A DNA stretch of 36,906 nt from Planctomycetota bacterium (GCA_046582735.1 JAYGDV010000127.1:1-36906); one strand, 5' to 3'. Shown: positions 24,645 through 32,194, counted from the stretch's first letter. Notes: generated from the sequence alone by a model not told the origin. Translations and numbers: made by a program.

Positions 24645-25415
24645 ATGTCTGGAATCGATCTCTTTCGGCTCGATGGAAAGGTGGCGCTTGTTACCGGGGG
24701 CACCAAGGGGCTCGGCCGCAGCATGGCGGAGGGGCTTGCCGCAGCCGGCGCTGACATCGTTATCTGCAGCCGCAACGGCGAGGAGGCTGAGCGGGAGGCC
24801 GCTCTCCTGGGGAAATCGAGCGCTAGGAAGACCCTCGGCATGCGCTGTGACGTAACGGATCCGGACGAGGTCGAAGCTCTTGTCGAGGCAGCGGTGTCGA
24901 AACTGGGGCGGCTTGACATTCTCATCAACAATGCGGGCATCAATATCCGCAACCCGATTGAAGAATTGTCGCTGGAAGAGTTCGAGCAGGTAATGAGCGT
25001 CAATGTTCGTGGTCCCTGGCTTTGTTCGAGGGCGGCGATACCCCACATGAGGGCGGGTGGTTACGGGCGCGTGATCAATATGGGCAGCACGCTGGCAGTG
25101 GTGGGAGTTCCGGGGCGTACGCCCTATGCTTCAAGCAAGGGGGCGGTTGTGCAGATGACGCGTGTCCTGGCCCTTGAGTGGGCTTCGGAGGGAATTACCG
25201 CCAACGCAATCTGCCCCGGCCCGTTTCTCACGCCGATGAACGAGCCGATCGTGGGCCTGCCGGAAACCGAGCGTTTTATTCTCGGAGAGGTGCCGATGGG
25301 CCGGTGGGGTGATATGGGTGAGATCCAGGGGGCGGCGATTTTCCTGGCCAGCGAGGCGTCAAGCTATGTGACGGGAGCGACCCTCTTTGTTGACGGCGGG
25401 TGGACCGCTCACTGA
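24645..25415 (+). CDS. short-chain dehydrogenase/reductase (classical SDR)
   Basis: KVALVTGGTKGLG cofactor motif, NNAG, catalytic YASSKGA (YxxxK). Confidence 0.9.
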   Translation: MSGIDLFRLDGKVALVTGGTKGLGRSMAEGLAAAGADIVICSRNGEEAEREAALLGKSSARKTLGMRCDVTDPDEVEALVEAAVSKLGRLDILINNAGINIRNPIEELSLEEFEQVMSVNVRGPWLCSRAAIPHMRAGGYGRVINMGSTLAVVGVPGRTPYASSKGAVVQMTRVLALEWASEGITANAICPGPFLTPMNEPIVGLPETERFILGEVPMGRWGDMGEIQGAAIFLASEASSYVTGATLFVDGGWTAH

Positions 25416-25433
25416 GGCATGCGGGCACGGGAA

Positions 25434-25480
25434 TGAAAAAAGAGAGGCGAAGCCCGCGGGCTTCGCCTCTCTTTTAAATT
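25434..25480. terminator. bidirectional intrinsic terminator between convergent genes
   Basis: A perfect 14-bp GC-rich stem, AGAGAGGCGAAGCC-cgcg-GGCTTCGCCTCTCT (25441-25472). It is flanked by an A-run (GAAAAAA) on the left and T-rich TTTAAATT on the right. Confidence 0.8.
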
Positions 25481-25498
25481 CGGATAAGGCCGGAAGGA

Positions 25499-26383
25499 TT
25501 ACTTCTCCTCCTCCTTGGAGTTGCCGTACTTGCCGGGCATTCCGAAATTGTATTTGTAACGCTTGATGCCGAGCTTGGTGAACTCATGGGCATCGAACTT
25601 TTCGAAAGGAACAAAGGGACGGGCCGCCATGCGTTCATGAACGACCTGGTCGACGAGCTTGACGCCACCTTTGACAAAACCCTTGCTGCCACGGGTGAAG
25701 TCCGAGGTGTTGTTCTTGACGTACTTGACATCAAAACCCTGCAATTGGGCGCCTTCGACGAGGCCGTAGTTATGGCCATGGGCTTTCTGCAGGTGCATGT
25801 CGAGGAACTTCTCGTTGCGGTCCGCATTGGAGAGTCTCTTGGTGCGGGCGAGCATGCCGAGCTTGACGGCGAATCCTGCCTGCGTGTAGAAATCCTGGGG
25901 ACTCCAGTAGCCGGGCAGGCAGTGTACGACACGGGCATCGGGCGTCATGAAGTACATCTGTATGTTACGACCGCCGGAGCAGGTGTTGATGTTCTTGGCA
26001 GCGTAAGAAGGCATGTGGGTATTGGATACGCCAGCATAGCTTTTCCTACCCTTGATATTCTGCCAACCGGAGACGAATGCGGTGTTGAGCTGGCTAATGA
26101 CTTTGTCGTTAGAGAGCGTCACGGCTCTCAGGGAATGGCCAGCACTTCACAATCCGCCGTCGATATCACCAACGATATCGACCCAGAAGATCATCTTATT
26201 CTCGGCCTGGGCTTTTTTCTTAAGAGCGTTGAAGTCTTTGCTCCAGTTGATCTTCGACATCATTTTGTCGACGTTCTGTTTTACCTGGGGGCCGGTAACT
26301 GTTTTATAGGCGACATTCTGGGCATGGAGAGCGCCAGTTGTCAGCAATACCGCAAGGGTCACTACGGTCAGTTTCTTCAGCAT
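25499..26383 (-). CDS. exported thioredoxin-fold (Thioredoxin_7/DUF255-like) protein with an in-frame TGA at 26147-26149: candidate selenoprotein (alternatively a nonsense pseudogene)
   Basis: ORFs 26147..26383 and 25499..26122 are in the same frame, separated only by TGA plus 8 sense codons. AAAGGAG Shine-Dalgarno 7 nt before ATG 26383. Signal peptide MLKKLTVVTLAVLLTTGALHA. The stretch INWSKDFNALKKKAQAENKMIFWVDIVGDIDGGL-[TGA]-SAGHSLRAVTLSNDKVISQLNTAFVSGWQNI mirrors the I.W...........K..L.DF...WC.WC......F....V...L...FV.. layout. The TGA falls at the first Cys position. Confidence 0.6.
26089..26146 (-). promoter_or_regulatory. candidate bacterial SECIS-like stem-loop immediately 3' of the in-frame UGA
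   Basis: The mRNA reads UGA-N17-GAGAGC-CGUGAC-GCUCUC (26129-26112): a 6-bp stem with a 6-nt loop containing GU. This is enclosed by an outer helix, GCUGGC (26143-26138) with GCCAGC (26094-26089). Hand-folded only. Confidence 0.35.
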
Positions 26384-26449
26384 TTCAAAGCTCCTTTCAA
26401 AAGGTTCCTGAAAAGTATAGAGAAGAGTTAGGGTCTGAAAAAGTGATGG

Positions 26450-26479
26450 ATACTACGACACTTTAGCACGAGATATCAA
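26450..26479 (-). promoter_or_regulatory. candidate promoter for the thioredoxin-fold gene
   Basis: On the minus strand: TTGATA (26479-26474), an 18-nt spacer, then TAGTAT (26455-26450), about 65 nt upstream of the ATG. It overlaps a 9-bp inverted repeat, CGACACTTT/AAAGTGTCG. Confidence 0.25.
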
Positions 26480-26505
26480 AAGTGTCGAGAAAAACACCAG
26501 AACTT

Positions 26506-28659
26506 TCAATTTGTTGCACTGTCATTGTTTTCTTTCCACCAGGCTTCCCAGACCTTTTTATTGTCTCCGAGATTTACTCCGGTGATGGATGCAAGTGCCG
26601 TTTTTACAAGGCCTTTCAGCTCCTGGTCAGGACTTGAGAGGCTTTTGATCAAAGCGGGTACTGCCTGCAAGGCATTTCCTTTTGAGAAAGAACCGACCAT
26701 TTTCCGCTTCATGTCGGTGTCTCTGCTCCTTGAGTAAACACCGGTGAGGTGTTTTGTCGATTCTGCCGAGGTGAGTTGGGCAAAACCGTTTCCCAGCGCC
26801 TGCTGGAAGGCTTCCAACCGCCTTTTCTGGCTTTTCTTGATTTCGATCTTCTTTTCAGAGAGTTCCAGAACACGTTGGAGTTGCTCGAGATAGTGATTGT
26901 GCCGGTTGCCGTAATAGCTGGCGGCACCTGATTTGTATTTGTCCTTGTTGATCTTGTAGGCATTGGCCATCAGGGCATCGATGCGTCGCTTCAGGAAGGA
27001 AGTCGTTTTCTCCATCTTGGCGCGAAGCTCACTGGAGTAGAGGTAGACCGTCACCAGTCCCCTCGCCCCGTCATCTCCCGTTGCCCTCAGGAGCTCGGTG
27101 AGGTCCGGATCGAGGTCGCCCGGGGAGGCGATCGGTAAGCCGTAGTTGCCAACGGTCTCCTTAAGCCGCTCGATCAGGTCGGCGTAGTCTTTTTTTGACA
27201 GCTCGACTATTTGCGGGATCCTGGCGACTGCGGTTTTTCGGGTGTCCTCATCGTCCTCCACGTGGAGAATCCGGTTGCCGCTGTTGCTCATCACCGCTGT
27301 CCGCCGTGCGATCGAGGCCTCGATCTTTGACGTGTCCGTCCCGCCGGTAAGGCCACCCTGGATCTGGTTACGTTTCTTGATCAGGGAGGCGATCATAGCC
27401 CTTGTTTCGGTGATCTCCTGGCTGTCACCCCCCGAGGAAGGAAGTATCGGTTCTTCGGAGCGCGGAGCGGTCGTGATCTCATCGGAAGGAGCCGATGGAT
27501 CCGTGTTCTGTCCGCCGGCAATGGCTTTCCGCCCTCGCGGAGCCCGGCTGGATGTCTCCAGCGCAGCAAGCATCCGCTGTAATTTTTCAATCTTGCTGTT
27601 GGTTTCGCCCAATTGGCCCTGCAGAGCCTTTTCCCGCTCAGACATCTGGCGGTGGGAAGTATTCGCCTGTTGGGCTTCGATGGCAACGCGCTGGAGGTCG
27701 TTGTCGTCCCTCATACTTTTGAAGACGCCTGATACCACGACGAGCAGCACAACAAGGGTTACAGCACCGATCGCGAGGGGCACGGCGGGGCTTCCGCTGG
27801 GTTTTTTCGGAATGACGGTCTTGGCGACCTTGCTGGATTTGGCGGTGCTTTTCTTGGGCTTGATGCGCTTCTTGATCTTCTTTTTTGGTTTTTCCGATTC
27901 AGCCGGAGCAGGATTGAAGACAACAGGCTGCTGCGCTGCACCGGGAGCACCCGGATTGTAATTCTGTGGTGGTTGCTGCTGAGCGGGGGGTATGTACTGT
28001 GGCGGATATGCTCCGGGCTGCTGCTGCGGCTGCGGCTGCGGCTGCTGCTGCTGCGGCGGCGGCTGCTGCTGCTGCGGCTGCTGCTGCGGCGGGTATCCCT
28101 GCTGAGCGGGATACGGTTGTCCTGGATATGGTTGAGCAGGATATGGCTGGTTGGGATCTTGCGGAGCGGGGTAGGGCTGGCCCTGGGGCGGTGGCATTTG
28201 CGCTGCGGGTTGCTGCGGCCAGGGCTCCTGGGGGAGATTGGGATCAGGTATCGGGGCCTGGGGCTTCTCAATAGGCACCGCCCCTCGTACAGTGGGGATA
28301 TCGCTTTGCTGGGAAGCTGAGGTGGTGGCCGCGCCGAGTCCTGAGCAGCCCCGGTAGACGATCTCGAGGCGTCCAAGGAAGAGAACATCCTGGTCTCGCA
28401 GGATTCTGCCATTGGCTCCCTTGGTACTTTCTTTCCCGTGCCGGCGGAGCCGGGTTGCATTGCTGGTTCCTGCATCAAAAACCACCACCCGGTCACCATC
28501 GCGCTCAATCCGGCAATGGACTCTGGAGACGCTTTTTTCACGCAATTGCAATTCATTGCTGCGTGCACGCCCCAGGTGGGTTTCTCCCTCCGGCAGCGAA
28601 AAGGTTCTTTCTCCCTTTTCTTCCGGGATGATCAGTTGGTGAGCGTTGCCGGTTTCCAT
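26506..28659 (-). CDS. FHA-domain membrane protein: FHA, P/Q/Y-rich low-complexity region, basic block, TM helix, coiled coil, C-terminal HEAT-like repeats
   Basis: FHA motif THLGRARSNELQLREKSVSRVHCRIERDGDRVVVFDAGTSNATRL. Low-complexity region QPYPAPQDPNQPYPAQPYPGQPYPAQQGYPPQQQPQQQQPPPQQQQPQPQPQQQP. TM helix AVPLAIGAVTLVVLLVVVSGVF. C-terminus ALQAVPALIKSLSSPDQELKGLVKTALASITG...VWEAWWKEN. Confidence 0.85.
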   Translation of the reverse strand: METGNAHQLIIPEEKGERTFSLPEGETHLGRARSNELQLREKSVSRVHCRIERDGDRVVVFDAGTSNATRLRRHGKESTKGANGRILRDQDVLFLGRLEIVYRGCSGLGAATTSASQQSDIPTVRGAVPIEKPQAPIPDPNLPQEPWPQQPAAQMPPPQGQPYPAPQDPNQPYPAQPYPGQPYPAQQGYPPQQQPQQQQPPPQQQQPQPQPQQQPGAYPPQYIPPAQQQPPQNYNPGAPGAAQQPVVFNPAPAESEKPKKKIKKRIKPKKSTAKSSKVAKTVIPKKPSGSPAVPLAIGAVTLVVLLVVVSGVFKSMRDDNDLQRVAIEAQQANTSHRQMSEREKALQGQLGETNSKIEKLQRMLAALETSSRAPRGRKAIAGGQNTDPSAPSDEITTAPRSEEPILPSSGGDSQEITETRAMIASLIKKRNQIQGGLTGGTDTSKIEASIARRTAVMSNSGNRILHVEDDEDTRKTAVARIPQIVELSKKDYADLIERLKETVGNYGLPIASPGDLDPDLTELLRATGDDGARGLVTVYLYSSELRAKMEKTTSFLKRRIDALMANAYKINKDKYKSGAASYYGNRHNHYLEQLQRVLELSEKKIEIKKSQKRRLEAFQQALGNGFAQLTSAESTKHLTGVYSRSRDTDMKRKMVGSFSKGNALQAVPALIKSLSSPDQELKGLVKTALASITGVNLGDNKKVWEAWWKENNDSATN
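28015..28092. repeat. imperfect trinucleotide repeat (CTG/CGG on + strand, CAG/CCG on the coding strand) encoding the poly-Q/P tract
   Basis: gggctgctgctgcggctgcggctgcggctgctgctgctgcggcggcggctgctgctgctgcggctgctgctgcggcgg is read directly from the sequence. It is followed (28093-28200) by degenerate ~18-nt units encoding QPYPxQ. Confidence 0.9.
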
Positions 28660-28921
28660 TCAGGTCCTTTCCGTGCTTTGGAAAAGGCTGCCAATGACAG
28701 GAAAAGCAGGTTTCCAAGTACACAGCATAGCCAGAAGGTGCTCTCGGAAGCCATATTCGCCGCCTGAAAGGGCAAAAACAAGTGTGACGGTTTTTTATAC
28801 ACTTTTTCCGGGCGGTTATCAAATTTCGTTAGGCCCTGCACTTAAGATAATAAGGTCCAGATCGATCTAACTCCTATTGAATCTACATTTTGGCGTGATT
28901 TACGATCATCAGTATTTTCCT

Positions 28922-28943
28922 GTTTTCCGCCCGTTTTCCGCCC
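28922..28943. repeat. tandem 11-bp direct repeat GTTTTCCGCCC x2 in a divergent intergenic region
   Basis: 28922-28932 and 28933-28943 are identical, preceded by a partial copy (ATTTTCC). It lies about 130 bp upstream of the VOC gene and about 265 bp upstream of the FHA gene. Confidence 0.6.
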
Positions 28944-29070
28944 GGATAGATTTCCGCAATGGTTTCTGAACTGGAATCCGCTCATTCCCGGCGTGGACAG
29001 GGGCCGTATGCCGGAGGTATGCTCCGGTTTTCGAGGCAACAGATACCGCTTTGAGGAGGTTTCAGGCCGG

Positions 29071-29514
29071 ATGATTACAGCCGTTCACCACGTTTCGTTT
29101 ACCGTCAGTGATATGGAGCGCTCCCTTGAGTTCTACCGCGAGGCCCTGGGCTTCGAGGTTCTCGACGATCGCACAGTGGAAGGTGATTTTGCAGAAACGG
29201 TCACCGGTTTAGAGGGGGTTCGGATGCGGATTATCCATCTCAGCGGATACGGACAGGGACTTGAGCTGATCCAGTACCTTTGTGCATCTGGGCAGCCGCA
29301 GGCGCCGCGCACCTGCGATACCGGCAGCGCCCATCTTTGCTACGTGGTGGATGACATCCAGGCCGAGGTCTCGCGGCTGCAGGAGCGGGGGGTTCGCTTC
29401 CTCTCCAGGGTGATGACGGTTGAGGGTGGCCCCAACGCCAGCAACAGCATGGTGTATTTTCTCGATCCCGATGGCATACCGATGGAATTCACCCAGCCCG
29501 CCAGCGCCGGCTGA
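29071..29514 (+). CDS. VOC/glyoxalase I family protein
   Basis: MITAVHHVSFTVSDMERSLEFYREALGF...GSAHLCYVVDDI...DPDGIPMEF. I place the start at ATG 29071, which has GAGGAGG 10 nt upstream. The ORF-track start at 28993 adds 26 non-homologous residues. Confidence 0.85.
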   Translation: MITAVHHVSFTVSDMERSLEFYREALGFEVLDDRTVEGDFAETVTGLEGVRMRIIHLSGYGQGLELIQYLCASGQPQAPRTCDTGSAHLCYVVDDIQAEVSRLQERGVRFLSRVMTVEGGPNASNSMVYFLDPDGIPMEFTQPASAG

Positions 29515-29519
29515 GGAGC

Positions 29520-30638
29520 TCAGCGCGCCGGCTGTTCGATATCGACCCACCGTCCCTGCTCCTTCGAGTCCAGGGTAGCATCTGCAATGACCTGGGCGCT
29601 CCAGCCATCCCAGAAGCTCGGGATGGCCTCCCGGTCTTCGAGGATCGCGGAGACGAATTCCCAGGCCAGGTCGTAACGGAATACCGTGGCGGGCTCTCCG
29701 TCGGCCGGCTGGCGTGGACTCTCCTCCGGCTTGAGGAACTCTGCGGGGACCTCTGTGGGTTCGAGATCGCCTCCATGGCGGCCCAGCAGCAGGATGTTGG
29801 GCTCATGAAGCCGGTAGACGGCGGAAGCTTCCGAGCCGTTTATCTCGGCCCATTCATGACCGAACCCATCCCGGTTGTACCCCTTGGCGAGGGTGGTGCC
29901 TTCCCATACGCCAGTGGCGCCGGATTCAAAATCCCCGATAATCGCCGACCAGTCGTCGACCTCTGATGGCGCACAGGGCGATCCATCTGTCGTCTCGGTT
30001 CTCGGGGCGAAATTGGCCACCGAGCCGCAGATCCTGGTGATGGGCCCCAGGAGATCCTGGGCGAAGTCGATGCGGTGGATGGTCATGTCGAAGAGATCAC
30101 CAGCGCCGCCCTTATCGCGGTATTGCCTCCAGCCCCAGCTGGTCTCGGGCAGGTCCAGGAAGCGCTGGCTGCGGAAATGTCTTGGCTGTCCGAGATCTCC
30201 CTTCTGAACCAGGTGTTTCAGGTAGCGCATCGAGGGGGCGAACCGGTAGGTGAAGGCGGTCATGTGAACCACCCCGGCGGTCTTTGCCGCCTCGTACATA
30301 TCCGCAACCTGCCCGGCGTTCAGCCCCAGCGGTTTTTCGCACATGATGTGTTTGCCGTTGCGTGCGGCGGCGATTGCCAGTGCGGGATGGGTGAAGTTCG
30401 GCGTGGCAATGATGACGCCATCGATTTCCGGGTCGGAAAAGATTTCCCCGGGGTCGGTCGTTATCTTTTCGACCTCCCAGTCGGCCCTGCGTTTTTCCAG
30501 CAGGGCCTCATCGGTATCACAGACTGCTGCCACTCGAGCTCGGGGATCGAGCAGGATGCCCGGAACGTGGTGGTAGTCGCTCACCAGGCCGGCGCCGATG
30601 ATGGCGATGTTGAGTGGATTGCCTGCACTCGGGCTCAT
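29520..30638 (-). CDS. Gfo/Idh/MocA family NAD(P)-dependent oxidoreductase
   Basis: LNIAIIGAGLVSDYHHVPG Rossmann N-terminus, and the CEKPLG motif typical of the family. Confidence 0.9.
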   Translation of the reverse strand: MSPSAGNPLNIAIIGAGLVSDYHHVPGILLDPRARVAAVCDTDEALLEKRRADWEVEKITTDPGEIFSDPEIDGVIIATPNFTHPALAIAAARNGKHIMCEKPLGLNAGQVADMYEAAKTAGVVHMTAFTYRFAPSMRYLKHLVQKGDLGQPRHFRSQRFLDLPETSWGWRQYRDKGGAGDLFDMTIHRIDFAQDLLGPITRICGSVANFAPRTETTDGSPCAPSEVDDWSAIIGDFESGATGVWEGTTLAKGYNRDGFGHEWAEINGSEASAVYRLHEPNILLLGRHGGDLEPTEVPAEFLKPEESPRQPADGEPATVFRYDLAWEFVSAILEDREAIPSFWDGWSAQVIADATLDSKEQGRWVDIEQPAR

Positions 30639-30812
30639 TTTTCAAGATTCTCTTTCAGCCTGTAAATTAGAAGCCTTCTGGAGATAACATGCCGAAGGGG
30701 AGGTTTGAAGTAAAACTCTGGTCCCTGTGGCCCGGTGCATGGCTGGAAATGGAGTGCCCTGGAAGGTATATTCATAGGCCAGATCGAAGACGGTTTGAAG
30801 ACAGAGGCGGCA

Positions 30813-31214
30813 ATGAAAGCCAAGGGTAAAAAACTGGTTGTTGTAGGCGACAGGGTCCTGGTTACGCCCCAGGAAGGGGAGGACCGTACGCGCGTGGGAT
30901 TGCTGCTGCCCCAGTCTGCGGTGGACAAGATGGCAGTACAGAGCGGCCGGATTGTCGAGGTTGGGCCGGGTACACCGGTGCAGGCACCGTCTGAGTTCGG
31001 TGAAGAGCCCTGGAAGCTGCATGAATCGAAGACCACCTATGTGCCCATGGAGGCCGAGGTCGGTGACATGGCCCTCTTTTTGCGCAACGCGGCCGTTGAG
31101 ATCGAGTTTGAAGGATCCCCCTACCTGATTGTTCCCCATGCGGCCATTCTATTGCTGGTTCGCGGAGAGGAAGACGACCTTGATCTCGAATCCATGATCA
31201 AGCTCGACGAGTAG
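30813..31214 (+). CDS. GroES/Cpn10-like protein, atypically long (133 aa) and not followed by groEL
   Basis: KKLVVVGDRVLVTPQEGEDRTRVGLLLPQSA...GRIVEVGPG...VGDMALFLRNAAVEIEFEGSPYLIVPHAAILLLV follows the GroES layout. It has a ~25-aa insertion after GPG and an acidic tail. I prefer the start at ATG 30813 over 30735. Confidence 0.65.
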   Translation: MKAKGKKLVVVGDRVLVTPQEGEDRTRVGLLLPQSAVDKMAVQSGRIVEVGPGTPVQAPSEFGEEPWKLHESKTTYVPMEAEVGDMALFLRNAAVEIEFEGSPYLIVPHAAILLLVRGEEDDLDLESMIKLDE

Positions 31215-31423
31215 GGAAGCCCCGTTTTCAGTGGGTTTCGGGATTTCTGGAGGAAAATTTACCCGGTTGCCAACGGCGATGATTCCGGTAACGGGGCGCG
31301 TGGACACCACGGGTGCGCATGAAAACTCTGGCTCGTGACTGCCGGTGGTAGTAGGATGTTTACAGGTCGGGCGAGTTGTTTTTCAATGCGCCTGGAGCGA
31401 TTTTTAATTTTCGGGAGTTATCG

Positions 31424-32179
31424 ATGAGCGTTTTTACCCGGGTTGTTCTTTCAGCACTTTTCCTGGCGGTGTTCTTTTCTCTGCCAGCGGCCGTTGCCGA
31501 GCGCGAGGCCGAGACCGGCAAAAAGGCCCGGCCCCAGGTAGATGGAGCCGACCTCCCGGGTGCCGATTCCCAGCAGGCGAAGGTTATCAAAGAGGGTAAG
31601 AAGAACCTCGATGAGATCCGCCGAATGCTGGATGAGATTCAGAAGGACCTGGCCGGCAAGAAGACCGGCGGGGCTACCCAGAAGCAGCAGAAGGAAGTGG
31701 TTCAGAAAATGAACCAGCTCATCGAGAAGCTTGCCGAGGAGTGCAGCCGCTGCAACAGTGGCAGCAGCGGGCAATCCCAGCAGGCCAGCCAGAGTTCCAG
31801 TCAGCAGAAGCAGGGCAAGGACAAGAAGCCCGGGCAGGGTGCTGCGAGAAAGAACCAGGACCAGGTCAAGTCCTCCCGCCAACAGCAGGAAGCTCAGCAG
31901 CAGAAAGAGCAGCAGGCTAAGAACGCCAATGGCAAGGACGGTAAGGAACAGCCCGGCAAGGTGGATAACAACAAGGCAGCCGATGGGCAGAAGCCGGACA
32001 ACTCCTCCGGCGAACTGGCTGACCGGGTTCGCAAAGGAAAGAAGTGGGGCCTCCTGCCGCCCAAGATTCGCGATGCCATCGGTTCGGTCAATCCCAAGAC
32101 CGCCCCCTCGGAATACCTCGAGATCATCCGGAGCTACTACCGGAGAATCAGCGAGCAGTACGCTGAGGGCAAGAAGTAA
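31424..32179 (+). CDS. secreted Gln/Lys-rich hypothetical protein
   Basis: GGGAG 7 nt upstream of ATG 31424. Signal peptide MSVFTRVVLSALFLAVFFSLPAAVA. Q/K/S-rich central region. Conserved-looking C-terminus WGLLPPKIRDAI...PSEYLEIIRSYYRRISEQ. Confidence 0.75.
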   Translation: MSVFTRVVLSALFLAVFFSLPAAVAEREAETGKKARPQVDGADLPGADSQQAKVIKEGKKNLDEIRRMLDEIQKDLAGKKTGGATQKQQKEVVQKMNQLIEKLAEECSRCNSGSSGQSQQASQSSSQQKQGKDKKPGQGAARKNQDQVKSSRQQQEAQQQKEQQAKNANGKDGKEQPGKVDNNKAADGQKPDNSSGELADRVRKGKKWGLLPPKIRDAIGSVNPKTAPSEYLEIIRSYYRRISEQYAEGKK

Positions 32180-32194
32180 CCCGCTGCAAGGCGC

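Noticed and set aside
26147-26149. Genome-wide TGA reassignment (code 4/25) as the explanation for the in-frame TGA
   Set aside because: TGA terminates several well-supported genes in this window at sensible positions: the M14 peptidase at 2993-2995, the WD40 gene at 3007-3009, the PSD1 gene at 5640-5642, DUF1501 at 10696-10698 and phnA at 18026-18028. TGA is therefore a normal stop here.
25586-26431. 281-aa uninterrupted + strand ORF spanning the TGA that splits the minus-strand thioredoxin-fold frame
   Set aside because: Its codons are the exact reverse complements of the minus-strand codons (25586-25499 = 87, a multiple of 3). That is the frame in which shadow ORFs persist, because TTA/CTA/TCA are rare on the true strand. 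Its product is V/G/D/L/E-rich with no signal or motif. The minus-strand product has a Shine-Dalgarno, a signal peptide and a complete thioredoxin-fold motif order.
28632-28841. 69-aa minus-strand ORF upstream of and overlapping the FHA start, containing a hydrophobic stretch (STFWLCCVLGNLLFLSLAAF) that could be a small membrane protein
   Set aside because: It has no convincing Shine-Dalgarno, overlaps the FHA start by 28 nt in another frame, and sits in an AT-rich promoter region where hydrophobic codons arise by chance. There is no supporting evidence without conservation or Ribo-seq data.
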